Source: a virus
Virus record (IMG/VR): IMGVR_UViG_3300028800_000062
Span: 64,001 to 128,000 of that record
Length of the DNA: 64,000 nucleotides
Strand: one strand, 5' to 3'
Made by a program: the position numbers and the translations under genes. The notes beneath the pieces were generated by a model, which saw only the letters and a program-made list of their open reading frames with translations, searched no databases and had not been told where the DNA came from. Shown here one piece after another: positions 10,901 to 19,370 of this stretch. Within the stretch, counting starts at the first letter, position 1; each line of letters starts with the position of its first letter.

Positions 10901-13307
10901 GGACAAGCCGGATATGGCCGTGATTCAACTGACCAACCTGGCGAATCTACTATCGCACAAAGTGTTCGATTCGAGTGCGTCCGGCAAGCAGGAATACAAT
11001 TTGTCTAATCTGCAGGATGTACCTGGAAGCAGTGTAGGAGGGCCGGTAACCGGAGGCATGGGCGGCGCGGTGCAGGCGCGTAAGACGCCCGCCGGAGTGG
11101 TGCTTGAACAGGAAAAGATCCTGAATCTGTCCAAAGGCTATAATGCACAGGTGAAGGACGTCCCGCTGCAGTACTACCCCCTGCAGACTGGGGCCAAGAT
11201 CCAGATCCGCATGGGTTACACCAACAACCCGGATTTGCTCTATCCAGTATTCACTGGAAAAGTAACTCAGATCGAAGGCGAAGACATCCTGACCATCACC
11301 GCCCAGAGCTTCATGCTGGAGTTGATGGATAAGGATCACAATGAGCTGCGCAGCGACGGGTACTTTAATCTGAGCACGGTTTCCGAGACCATCCGCAACT
11401 GGGGCGTGCCTACGAAAGGGGCGGCCTACGGGGGTTGGACTTTCCTGCGGGATTCCGGAACTGCAGGGTGTGTCATGTCAGACGTGCTGAAGTGCAGCGG
11501 AGCCCGGCACTTTGGACACTGGCAGGTAAACCCGGTGCAGAAGAATACGCCGTTCATGCGCGGTTTCGGCTGGATTGAGTTGACGGCCGCGGCCGCCGGC
11601 GCCCTGGGCGCTTCCAAGATCCAGTCCGTAACGCAAGCCTTGCAGGACCGGAGAGATGAGAATATCCTCATTAACCAGCTGATCAGTACGGACGGCACCG
11701 TAGCCCAGCAGCGCATCAAGCGCGCCGATCAGTTTGAGAAGCCGGCGGAGATCTTCGCCTCGGTCTATGGGATTCCAGACGATCCTGAGATCACTCCCTG
11801 GACGATCCTGAGAGACATTTCCCGCCGATACCCGGAGTATCGTCTGCTGGAGCGGCCCTACGGGTTCCCCTACGGTTGCGACGGAACCCTGGTCTTTGCG
11901 CATCCGAACGACCTGTATATCACGCGTCCCAAGATGGCCAACAGCGCTGAAGCTACGGCCATGAACATCACCAATAACGGCAAGTTTGAAGATTGGTTCA
12001 CACCCGTGCAGCGCGCCAAGATAGTAGCCCTGCCCGGCATGAGCGACCTGGCCGCCGATGCCGCCCGTTATATTCTGATGAATGTCACCAACCCGTCCGG
12101 CAGTAAAGCCCCGGCCACGTCCAACCGGTATACGTCGGCGGAGCGTCTCGGGGAACAGACTGCCAGTTGGATCGATCAGGGAGGGTTGACCACTTTCAAT
12201 GCTATTTTGAACGGATATGCCGACTATGCCGCACAGAAGACGGCATTGTCTAAAGTGGTCCAGATCTTCGAGTTCGGCCTCGGCGACCTGCAGGGGCATG
12301 CTAATGACCTGCGCATGACGGTGAGAGCCATTCAGAACGACGCGATCAGCCACATCAACCTGCCGGCGGATCGGCAGAACAGCACAGCCTCGGACCCGTC
12401 TTCGCCCGCCTACCTGCAACCTGTGCGCAAATGGCACGTGATCAGCACCGACAATATCATCCACAACGGCATCACCATCAACGAGCAGATCTTCAACGCG
12501 GTGCGCATCAACAAGGACATTATCAAGGCCAATATTAACATTCCGGACTACTACACCCGGGTGCTCGACTGCAATAAGCTGATCATCGAGCCGGACCGTA
12601 ACCTGGGGGTTGCGGGAGGTCCCGGAACGCTCGAACGGGCCTACGCTCAGAGTTTCCTGCGCGAAGAGGTCGGTAAGATGTACCGGGGAGAGCTGGTAAT
12701 CACCGGCGTGCCGGAAATGGATCCGGGCGACGGGATTATGCTGTTGGATTCCACCACAGGTACCGCGGGCCCACTTGAGATCGAAAGCGTGATCCATTCC
12801 TTCGATCAAGAAATGGGGTATATCACGGTGGTCCGGCCGCGGGCCATGGTGGTGACTAATGAAGCCACCACGCTTGGCATTATTGCGGCCTTCAACAATC
12901 TGAACTTGTTTCAAGAGCTGGGCGCATTGGGACGGGACCTCTCTTCAACACCTCAGGCTGCTGCAGCCACTGCGGTAGGCGCCACAGCCGCTGTAACCAC
13001 AGCTGGTCTGGCGGTCTCCACAGCTGTGGCTGCGGGTGTATCGTTGACCGGCGTGGGATTGGCGGTGGTGGTCGGCATGTTGTTGACCTACGTCGTGTTG
13101 GCCGACATGAAGCAGGAATCTCTGCCGCTCATCGTGGCGCCGCTAAACCGTTATGGACGTCCCTGGGTGGGAGGCCTGAATGGATGGGCTCTCACGGATC
13201 TGCACACCTACGTGGAGAAGCGTTTCCAACAGTTCTGGAACTTCGAGATCGCGCCCACTTTGCAGGGATTCAAGAACCTCAAAGGCATCGTCGACAGCTA
13301 CACCTAG
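7920..13307 (+). CDS. Baseplate hub / tail-associated lysin with lytic transglycosylase (SLT) domain
   Basis: SLT motifs AVAYHESRFNP, AYGVFQI, AYNQG; hub-like motifs GAKIQIRMGY..VFTGKVTQIE and GELVITGVPEMDPGD..IESVIHSF; hydrophobic C-terminal stretch. Confidence 0.8.
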   Translation: MSLLLSDTPGENDGGYFRIGDVILRIPPESISTNKVTDNEEVSTLRAKYPMYVKDGHSRWDVTVTWKALVTNDGGTPDYTQWVSLQRILAMFKAAPFVQVESGHLRQLVMADPELDRADRTARMAFALRQLRVDTLPDIPQGLQCTLTMSWFNYLPYSTDFGYLDPNGQPEDATQYTQFTDYIDTWLSENLQGPPDPFDGRPDLSKKFGYPDLSLWNQQTPGTVKLHWRQYCVVPIDDQTAPSASAPAAPSQPTGIPSSKLSSGPADIRAKITQAAQAQGVDPALALAVAYHESRFNPTAKNPNSSAYGVFQIIPRWHPEINQYPNKGVQDVDSNIQVGVGYLKQCLNHYNGNQKEALWAYNQGEGAVDNFLRGKTSALPNGTVQYADAVLQMAYQGTPQVKSTPVADASPLKSAAPVQAAAPSTDTWPEPVETKVNNLIAKGWWADHNTERAVFLYKPHQIEFQDEEHGGGPNLDCCYPVQISVVFVNKIAVQPLRGYQYPVMQHLGPAGTMISVGFLSNALPAGDSEPVHSGPAKMAGMCSALEDQFHRLQGEWRSIYAIHRMQAVIVENQVLNALGIYGTLVNNFNSETLPESASLAQAALSLVQYENVFEEIGSYRVNGLTGASAAVLNQIMTDGTLATASKGPGGDAYKPLTQYQSDKQSQNPAPVMQMMQDSRYQTPVVPMPVKLTADQQQTLVQAIASNKTQASASTAADSTLVAQNMAGVPTFNASGTSLTGGGITQVDPELASRIQSGSFSYNDYFQFVHSPGLSGNASIQSLNQSVNQVIANQVPADQAPMTKLYQSVFDYQSKYNAAFVAAVGQMQFDPTTASKFTNAVNPNGPGSDDANKNHGSYRDLGLKTLSLGNGLDFNPGYYFTNNEKKQRQALRDQLTYAVSASNAALSYFNKATSNASSAPADNSIQNSDSQNPAAMNVNTEMILERTVTPFKSMKRAFPTFKLFLVEEDNTGPFFMFDNFYCYSSVLNMEIIRYQDKPDMAVIQLTNLANLLSHKVFDSSASGKQEYNLSNLQDVPGSSVGGPVTGGMGGAVQARKTPAGVVLEQEKILNLSKGYNAQVKDVPLQYYPLQTGAKIQIRMGYTNNPDLLYPVFTGKVTQIEGEDILTITAQSFMLELMDKDHNELRSDGYFNLSTVSETIRNWGVPTKGAAYGGWTFLRDSGTAGCVMSDVLKCSGARHFGHWQVNPVQKNTPFMRGFGWIELTAAAAGALGASKIQSVTQALQDRRDENILINQLISTDGTVAQQRIKRADQFEKPAEIFASVYGIPDDPEITPWTILRDISRRYPEYRLLERPYGFPYGCDGTLVFAHPNDLYITRPKMANSAEATAMNITNNGKFEDWFTPVQRAKIVALPGMSDLAADAARYILMNVTNPSGSKAPATSNRYTSAERLGEQTASWIDQGGLTTFNAILNGYADYAAQKTALSKVVQIFEFGLGDLQGHANDLRMTVRAIQNDAISHINLPADRQNSTASDPSSPAYLQPVRKWHVISTDNIIHNGITINEQIFNAVRINKDIIKANINIPDYYTRVLDCNKLIIEPDRNLGVAGGPGTLERAYAQSFLREEVGKMYRGELVITGVPEMDPGDGIMLLDSTTGTAGPLEIESVIHSFDQEMGYITVVRPRAMVVTNEATTLGIIAAFNNLNLFQELGALGRDLSSTPQAAAATAVGATAAVTTAGLAVSTAVAAGVSLTGVGLAVVVGMLLTYVVLADMKQESLPLIVAPLNRYGRPWVGGLNGWALTDLHTYVEKRFQQFWNFEIAPTLQGFKNLKGIVDSYT

Positions 13308-13310
13308 TAG

Positions 13311-13329
13311 CTATACTAGCAATGGGTGA
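13311..13329 (+). promoter_or_regulatory. Candidate late-promoter motif CTATACTAnCAAnnGGTGA (copy 1)
   Basis: Intergenic; 16/19 identical to the sense-strand intergenic motif at 29671-29689; contains TATACT. Confidence 0.35.
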
Positions 13330-13920
13330 GTGCCCAAGCCGGAGCTTTCCACATTCAAGGCTGTAATCTCACCCTGTTCGACGTGTACGAACTATAATAC
13401 CGACGCCTCTACGGGTCTGCCGCTGTGTCCTCGGAGATTCTGGCTCGAGCAGAAGAAGGCCGCCGACGCTGGCGGGAACTGCGCGACGCCTCCAGACTAC
13501 CTGCTGGAGTCCGGGACGGAGCAACAGGACCAATATTCCAACCCGGTTTATTCCCAGAACACCAGCAGTGTGATTGTCTGGGTGGCGGCCCTGTTTGAGA
13601 ACTTGCAGACCCTGCAGTCCGATGGCAGCCCTCTGACTGGCAGCATTCTGGATCCCGGGTTCGACACCAAATATATCCGCTGCCGGGACCTTCCGGTGCA
13701 TCCGGACGAGAGCTGGGCAGGCATGATCCACCGCGGGACTTGGAAGGAAATGGACCAGTTGATCGTGCATCCCATGTCTACCGAGAACCAGCAACAGAGC
13801 GGTGTTTTGAACGACAGCCCCTCCGACCTGCAGTTTGGCGGCGTGGCGCGTAAGACGAACTTTGCCTTTAACTTCAATCTGGTGTCGCCCACCAGCGACA
13901 GGATTTGCTCCGGAACCTAA
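13330..13920 (+). CDS. Hypothetical baseplate-region protein
   Basis: 196-aa ORF in operon directly after the hub gene; N-terminal CxxC. Confidence 0.6.
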   Translation: MPKPELSTFKAVISPCSTCTNYNTDASTGLPLCPRRFWLEQKKAADAGGNCATPPDYLLESGTEQQDQYSNPVYSQNTSSVIVWVAALFENLQTLQSDGSPLTGSILDPGFDTKYIRCRDLPVHPDESWAGMIHRGTWKEMDQLIVHPMSTENQQQSGVLNDSPSDLQFGGVARKTNFAFNFNLVSPTSDRICSGT

Positions 13921-13924
13921 AGCC

Positions 13925-14287
13925 ATGCTGGTACCCCGCAATAGTAATGTGGATCTCATTACACCCGCCAACACGCCGCGCCTTTTGCACGCTGGCGAGG
14001 AGTGGTTGGGCTCAGACTACCCGCATGTACTCGTCCAGGACAGTTCGCTGCGGTTGATGGGCAGCCTGACCAAAGGCGTTTCGATAGACCCGGACTTTGG
14101 AGTCACACTACAAGGCCCTGTCAGCATTCCGGAGTCGCCGGATCACATCCAGATCTCGACTTACTGGGCCATGAACCCCATGTTGCTAGCCTCCATCGGA
14201 TCGAGCGCCTGTATGCCCATACCTCCGCTGGTACCCAATACCCCGGCCGTCTTGGACGGCAGCTCGGATATGGGAGGGTTGTTTTGA
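13925..14287 (+). CDS. Hypothetical protein, possible short baseplate spike
   Basis: Start reassigned to ATG 13925 just after the previous stop; beta-strand-like sequence; position between hub and wedge genes. Confidence 0.5.
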   Translation: MLVPRNSNVDLITPANTPRLLHAGEEWLGSDYPHVLVQDSSLRLMGSLTKGVSIDPDFGVTLQGPVSIPESPDHIQISTYWAMNPMLLASIGSSACMPIPPLVPNTPAVLDGSSDMGGLF

Positions 14288-14448
14288 GCACTTGCACCAA
14301 CTCGTGCAAACTGCGTGAAGCCCAGCAACAGAAGGACAGTGCGTGTCCTTGCAGGACCTGCCCTTACTTGTTGGAGATGCTTTCCCGCTTGGATCTATAT
14401 GCGGCCGCGAATGTGGTCCGTGAGGCTGTCAAGCATAGCAACGATTGA
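14284..14448 (+). CDS. Small Cys-rich protein (54 aa, MSTCTNSCK...CPCRTCPY)
   Basis: TTG overlaps the upstream TGA; GGAGGG SD; fills the gap exactly. Confidence 0.5.
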   Translation: MSTCTNSCKLREAQQQKDSACPCRTCPYLLEMLSRLDLYAAANVVREAVKHSND

Positions 14449-14455
14449 GGAGAAG

Positions 14456-14998
14456 ATGATGCGTTTTCTATTAGTTGGAATCGTAGGTCTGCTGTTCGCT
14501 TTTAGCGTAATGGCGGCGCCGGCGCAGCCTCCGGCTGTAGTGGCTGTGTACGGTTATGATGCCAGCAACAATCTGCTCTACATCTGCCAGGCGTCGCAGC
14601 TAGGCACACCTGCGCTCACTTGGGCCATAGGCGGTCAGTTGAGCAGCCTGGCAGTTACTGCCAACGTGGCTACCGCCACTTTCTCTTCGGCGCCCGGCTT
14701 ATACCCTGGAGCTTTGTTGAACGTGGTGGGAGCCGGATCTCTGAACGGCTATTATCCCGTTAGTACCGTCAGTGGAAGCACGGTCACCTTTTCCACTCCA
14801 GCTGTGACATCTGGGACATACTCTTACGCCGGAGTGCAGATTGTCAGTTCCGCACCCCTGCTTACGGCACCCGTCTGGAGTATCCAGAAGTTCACGTGGT
14901 CTGCCACCGGACTACTGCAGACCAGTTATTGGGTGACGCTTCCTTTAAGCGATGGCATTTATGCCACCCAGCCCTGTACCAACGCGCTGTTGTATTGA
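14456..14998 (+). CDS. Exported beta-rich virion-region protein
   Basis: SD GAGGAG; signal MMRFLLVGIVGLLFAFSVMA; central segment resembles the small beta domain of phage tail/stabiliser proteins. Confidence 0.7.
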   Translation: MMRFLLVGIVGLLFAFSVMAAPAQPPAVVAVYGYDASNNLLYICQASQLGTPALTWAIGGQLSSLAVTANVATATFSSAPGLYPGALLNVVGAGSLNGYYPVSTVSGSTVTFSTPAVTSGTYSYAGVQIVSSAPLLTAPVWSIQKFTWSATGLLQTSYWVTLPLSDGIYATQPCTNALLY

Positions 14999-15007
14999 GA
15001 GGTGGCT

Positions 15008-15772
15008 ATGCGAACAGTTCTTATCTTTCTAGCGGTATGTGGTGCAGCATTTGCGCAGTGCGGTCCGAACGGCAAAGCAATCCCTAATCCGTTCGGCTCT
15101 ACGCCGGCTCTCATCTGCACCGGTGTCAGTTCCACCGCGGGGAGCGGCAGTCCATTCGTCATGGGGACGGTCTACTCCGGAGCTGCTACTTTCGGCGCTT
15201 CCATTCCGGACGGTGTTTGTTCCACCACGTCCTATACGGCATCCGGCCTGGTGGCTGGCACGACTTTAGTCGGCAACTGGGCCAATGCGCCCGCGGGAAC
15301 CTTTGGAACGGTGTCCTCATCCACCAACACTGTCAATGTCAACCTGTGCAACTTGTCGGGCGGGAGTCTGACTCCGTCTTTTTCCATGAGCGTGGTGACA
15401 GCATCAAGTGCCAGCGGGGTGGTCACTCCTTCGCCCTATACCTCCGTAACAGACGCTTCTCCGGTGTCCTGGAATCTCGGCAGCGCCATCGTGACCAATG
15501 CATCGATTACCTTGAGTCACACCACCGGCACGCGCGCCCTCAATCTATCGAACGCGGTAGCAGGAGGCCTGTACACTCTGGTGGTTACAGAGGATGCCAC
15601 AGGCGGCGCCGCTTTAACCGGAGGCACCGGTTGCACCTGGGTTATTCAAGGTGGCACCGGGAACCACATCTTTCCCCTCACCACCACAGCGTCCGCCAAG
15701 AACCTGATCACGGTGAACTTCGACGGCACTAGTTGCTGGACAACGGTAAGGGCCGGCTTCACCGGAATGTAA
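15008..15772 (+). CDS. Exported short tail-fibre-like protein
   Basis: SD GAGG; signal MRTVLIFLAVCGAAFA|Q; shares a module with 16233..19370; C-terminus (YTLVVTEDATGG...LITVNFDGT) resembles fibre tip domains. Confidence 0.7.
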   Translation: MRTVLIFLAVCGAAFAQCGPNGKAIPNPFGSTPALICTGVSSTAGSGSPFVMGTVYSGAATFGASIPDGVCSTTSYTASGLVAGTTLVGNWANAPAGTFGTVSSSTNTVNVNLCNLSGGSLTPSFSMSVVTASSASGVVTPSPYTSVTDASPVSWNLGSAIVTNASITLSHTTGTRALNLSNAVAGGLYTLVVTEDATGGAALTGGTGCTWVIQGGTGNHIFPLTTTASAKNLITVNFDGTSCWTTVRAGFTGM

Positions 15773-15783
15773 AGGCTGAGAGA

Positions 15784-16236
15784 ATGCTAGAAGACTTCGG
15801 TTGGACCTCACGCGGCGGTTTGATGCTGGACGGCTCAGGCGATATTGCCATGACCGCGGTTGATGGCGCAGATAGTCTGATTTCCATGGTGCGCACCCGG
15901 GTCAAGGCGGAATTACGCGCCTGGAAGCTGTATACCATCGGAGCCGATCTGCAGAACCGGGTGGGTGATCTGATGGGACCGGAACTGGAGATTGCCATCC
16001 AGCGCCAGGTAACGCGCGCTCTCACCGCGGATAATCTATTGCCTGCCGGCTCATTCCAGGTACAGACCCTACCGGACCTCAACCGGATGTATGTGCTGGT
16101 ATATATCGGACAGACTCTGATTACCAGCGTGACTTTGAGTCAGCCGCAAACGTCCCCATCCACAACTTCCATGGCGGTCAACACGCCGATTCCCGGCAGC
16201 GCTATTCCAGGCGTCGCCATCCCAGGACTCTCATGA
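15784..16236 (+). CDS. Baseplate wedge / sheath-initiator protein (gp25/gp46-like)
   Basis: GGLMLDGSGDIA...RVKAELRAWKLYTIGADL...QVTRAL pattern and ~150-aa size typical of this family. Confidence 0.65.
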   Translation: MLEDFGWTSRGGLMLDGSGDIAMTAVDGADSLISMVRTRVKAELRAWKLYTIGADLQNRVGDLMGPELEIAIQRQVTRALTADNLLPAGSFQVQTLPDLNRMYVLVYIGQTLITSVTLSQPQTSPSTTSMAVNTPIPGSAIPGVAIPGLS

Positions 16237-19200
16237 AACGATTCTTCGGTCTTCTTATCCTGTGTGCCGCCGGACTGCATGGACAGCCTAAATATCCAGC
16301 CGCTGTGGTTTCCGGCGTGGACTTGCCCACTCTCACCAATAATGTGCAGACCTACCTGACGTCCGCGGCGAGTTCGACGGATACCACACTACAGGTGCTG
16401 TCAACCGCTGCGTTTAACCTTCCGGCCGACGGGTCCCTGGTAGTGAACTCGGATAACGAGTTCATTCATGTCTGCAGTAAAACTACGACTACTCTCACAG
16501 TATGCATAGGCGGACGCGGTTATGACAACAGTGCCGCTACCGCGCATGTGGCGTACCGCGTGGTGAAGGAAATCATCGTAGCCCGATCCATCAACCAGCT
16601 GAATTCTGAGGTGACGTCAATCGAGACTGCCCTGGGGCCGAATCTGTCCAATGTCCAGGGGTTATTTCAGACGTGGCTCGCTTTGAATGGTGGAAGTGGT
16701 GGCGGTGCTTTCGTCCAGACCAATTCTGACTGGAACGCATCTACAGGCGTAGCACAGATCCTGAATAAGCCGACCATTCCCTCCAATACCTCGCAGATCA
16801 CCGAGAGCGGCAACCTGTATTTCACCAATGCCCGCGTCCTGGCGGCCATGTCCGGTCTATATCAATCACCGATCAACGGCGCGCCTGGCACCTGGCCCAG
16901 CCTCGCCTCCGTGGCAACATCGGGCAGTTACAATGACCTGGCCAATAAGCCCACGCTGTCCTCGCTCGGGGGTCTCACTAATCCTATGACCACGGCGGGT
17001 GATTTCCTGGTTGGAGGGGCCAGCGGCGCTCCACTTCGAGTAGCAGTTCCCGGTAACGGCACCTGGTGCCCGAACTGGTCTTCTGGGACCGTCACCTGGA
17101 TTACCTGTCCCGGCGCCGGCGGATCCGGAATTACATCCATTTCAATGACGGTTCCTTCCGGGTTCTCCGTAGCCGGCTCACCTCTCACGGCCAACGGCAC
17201 TCTGGCCATTACCTTGGCCAGCCAGACAGCAAAGTACGTACTGATTGCACCGTCCAGCAATGGAGTACCGACCTGGAGAGCGCTCACAGCCGGGGACATT
17301 CCCGCTTTAGCCTATCAGGCAACAATTACAGGAGCACCGGGCACCTGGCCTAGTTTTGCAGCAGTGGCCACGTCAGGAAGCTACACAGACCTGTCGAACA
17401 AGCCGACTATTCCAGCTTCCCAGATCAACTCCGATTGGAATGCCAGTTCCGGCCTGGCCCAGATCCTGAACAAACCAACCATTCCCGCGGCACAGGTCAA
17501 CTCCGACTGGAACGCTGCCTCAGGGCTGGCCCAGATTCTGAATAAGCCGAGCATGTACACGACGATTTATAGCACAGGGTTGTCCATGCCCCAGCGGACG
17601 TCCATCAACCTGATCGCGGGTACTAATATGACGGTGGGCTGTGTGGATAACTCCGGAGCCGCCCGTACGGATTGCACGTTCTCTTCAAGTGGAGGGGGCG
17701 GCACAGGCGGGTCTTCCGGAACCTATACAGGCACTGTCACCTTCGGAACGATTCCGGATGGTGACTGCGCTATCTCTACCTATTCCGCTGGCGGTATGGC
17801 GGCCGGTTCCAGCTTGACTGCGAACTGGGCCAACGCGCCTTCGGGAACGATCGGACAGGCCTGGGGCGATACCAACCTGATCTACGTGGATCTCTGTAAC
17901 TTCTCCGGGGCGGCCATCACTCCGGCATTCTCCCTGACCGCGTCTGTAGGCGGAGGCTCCGGCAGCGGCGCTGGTATGTCATCCCAACTGGGCGACCTGG
18001 CTACCGTCCGTAGTACCGGTTCCGTGTTGACTATAGGCGCCAGCTGCACTTCCAGCGTGCCTTGCAACGTACGCTTCGGAACCACCAGTTATTCGATCAC
18101 CACACAGGCTACGGTCACTTTGGGCGGCAGCACGTTAGGAACAGTCTTCATCTACCTCACCCCTAGTGGAACGCTTACGGCGGGGAGCTCGGGTCCGAGC
18201 CTGACCTGCTCTTCCGGCTGCCTGGTGGCCACTGGGGTTACAGGTTTCCCGACCAGTGCGTTGCCGATTGCCTCCTGGACTACTTCGGCGCCAGGCGTAT
18301 GGGATACGGCCGGCGGCGCAGACTTCCGGGCCTTCCTGAGCGTTGCCCCCAGTCTGGCGAACAACGCTGGTATTACACTCACCGGCAGCAGTTCCGGTTA
18401 CACGATTGGCACCGATAATTCGATCGTTCCTTTCAAGTATTCGGGCATCGCCGCACCTGGAACAGTGACCGGCAACTTATCGGGTGACTTTTATAATGAC
18501 ACGGTCAACCACAACCTGTATGTCTGTAATGCAGCATTCGGCACGTCCGCGCCGGCCTGCACTTCCGTAACAGCCGGACAATGGATGCTGGTCAATGGGT
18601 CAGGCGGTAGCAGCTACACGTTCCGCAACAATCTTGTGAATACCTCGGGCACGGTGGACTTCACGCCGGTGGATGCCAGCGTCATGGATGCCATGGATGA
18701 TTTCCTACCTTCGAAGAACAGTAATGGCGCGATAGGAACTCTGCATTGGGGGGTGTCCACATTAGGTACCTCTTGCGGCAGTAACATGGTGGCCAGCCAG
18801 TCTAATCATCCGGGTATCTTCCAGATCGTGAGCGGCAGCACTCCAGGTGATGGCTGTTCTTTAACCCTGTCGGACAACACCGAAGGTGCTCTTTATCCTT
18901 TCATCAACTTCGGGTCCGCCGCCGGACTGTCCTGGGAAATCCAGGCCATAGTGCAGACTGACGTCAGTGGAGTAGGGAACGCGAAGTACTTGGTGGGTTT
19001 CAGTGATAGCCAATCAACCTACCACCCGGCCAGCGGTAATGACATTGCAATTCGGTATGACCATTCCGGCGGAGGGTGCGTTTCGAATGAAAGCACCACC
19101 ACTTGGGTTTACGAAGTTAGTGTTGGCGGAACTAAGACGTGCGTGAATAGCGGTGTTGCGATTGCTTCGAACACCTGGTATCACCTGCGCATATACTCCA

Positions 19201-19370
19201 CCGCGCCAGGCACTATTCAGTTTCAGATCAACGGAGCGAACGCTGGCAGCATTGCAACGGCTCCCACGGCTAACATGGCGCCCCAGTTCCTCACCACGAG
19301 TACAGGCGGCTCTCAGGAGTCATTGTTTGTGGACTGGTGGGCCATGAAGATTCAAGGGTTGACTCGATGA
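16233..19370 (+). CDS. Long tail-fibre-like protein with signal peptide
   Basis: Signal MKRFFGLLILCAAGLHG|Q; fibre repeats VATSGSYxDLxNKP and DWNAxxGxAQILNKP; lectin-like C-terminus (NTWYHLRI..IQFQING). Confidence 0.75.
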   Translation: MKRFFGLLILCAAGLHGQPKYPAAVVSGVDLPTLTNNVQTYLTSAASSTDTTLQVLSTAAFNLPADGSLVVNSDNEFIHVCSKTTTTLTVCIGGRGYDNSAATAHVAYRVVKEIIVARSINQLNSEVTSIETALGPNLSNVQGLFQTWLALNGGSGGGAFVQTNSDWNASTGVAQILNKPTIPSNTSQITESGNLYFTNARVLAAMSGLYQSPINGAPGTWPSLASVATSGSYNDLANKPTLSSLGGLTNPMTTAGDFLVGGASGAPLRVAVPGNGTWCPNWSSGTVTWITCPGAGGSGITSISMTVPSGFSVAGSPLTANGTLAITLASQTAKYVLIAPSSNGVPTWRALTAGDIPALAYQATITGAPGTWPSFAAVATSGSYTDLSNKPTIPASQINSDWNASSGLAQILNKPTIPAAQVNSDWNAASGLAQILNKPSMYTTIYSTGLSMPQRTSINLIAGTNMTVGCVDNSGAARTDCTFSSSGGGGTGGSSGTYTGTVTFGTIPDGDCAISTYSAGGMAAGSSLTANWANAPSGTIGQAWGDTNLIYVDLCNFSGAAITPAFSLTASVGGGSGSGAGMSSQLGDLATVRSTGSVLTIGASCTSSVPCNVRFGTTSYSITTQATVTLGGSTLGTVFIYLTPSGTLTAGSSGPSLTCSSGCLVATGVTGFPTSALPIASWTTSAPGVWDTAGGADFRAFLSVAPSLANNAGITLTGSSSGYTIGTDNSIVPFKYSGIAAPGTVTGNLSGDFYNDTVNHNLYVCNAAFGTSAPACTSVTAGQWMLVNGSGGSSYTFRNNLVNTSGTVDFTPVDASVMDAMDDFLPSKNSNGAIGTLHWGVSTLGTSCGSNMVASQSNHPGIFQIVSGSTPGDGCSLTLSDNTEGALYPFINFGSAAGLSWEIQAIVQTDVSGVGNAKYLVGFSDSQSTYHPASGNDIAIRYDHSGGGCVSNESTTTWVYEVSVGGTKTCVNSGVAIASNTWYHLRIYSTAPGTIQFQINGANAGSIATAPTANMAPQFLTTSTGGSQESLFVDWWAMKIQGLTR
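16717..17550 (+). repeat. Intragenic fibre-shaft repeats (3x DWNAxxGxAQILNKP, 2x GAPGTWPSxAxVATSGSYxDLxNKP)
   Basis: Visible in the translation; the same units recur at ~23703-23997 in the 567-aa protein. Confidence 0.85.

Noticed and set aside
11478-12914. 478-aa minus-strand ORF and other long antisense ORFs (e.g. 21311-22306, 23280-24119, 7048-7863)
   Set aside because: Shadow frames of long GC-rich genes; no motifs or RBS.
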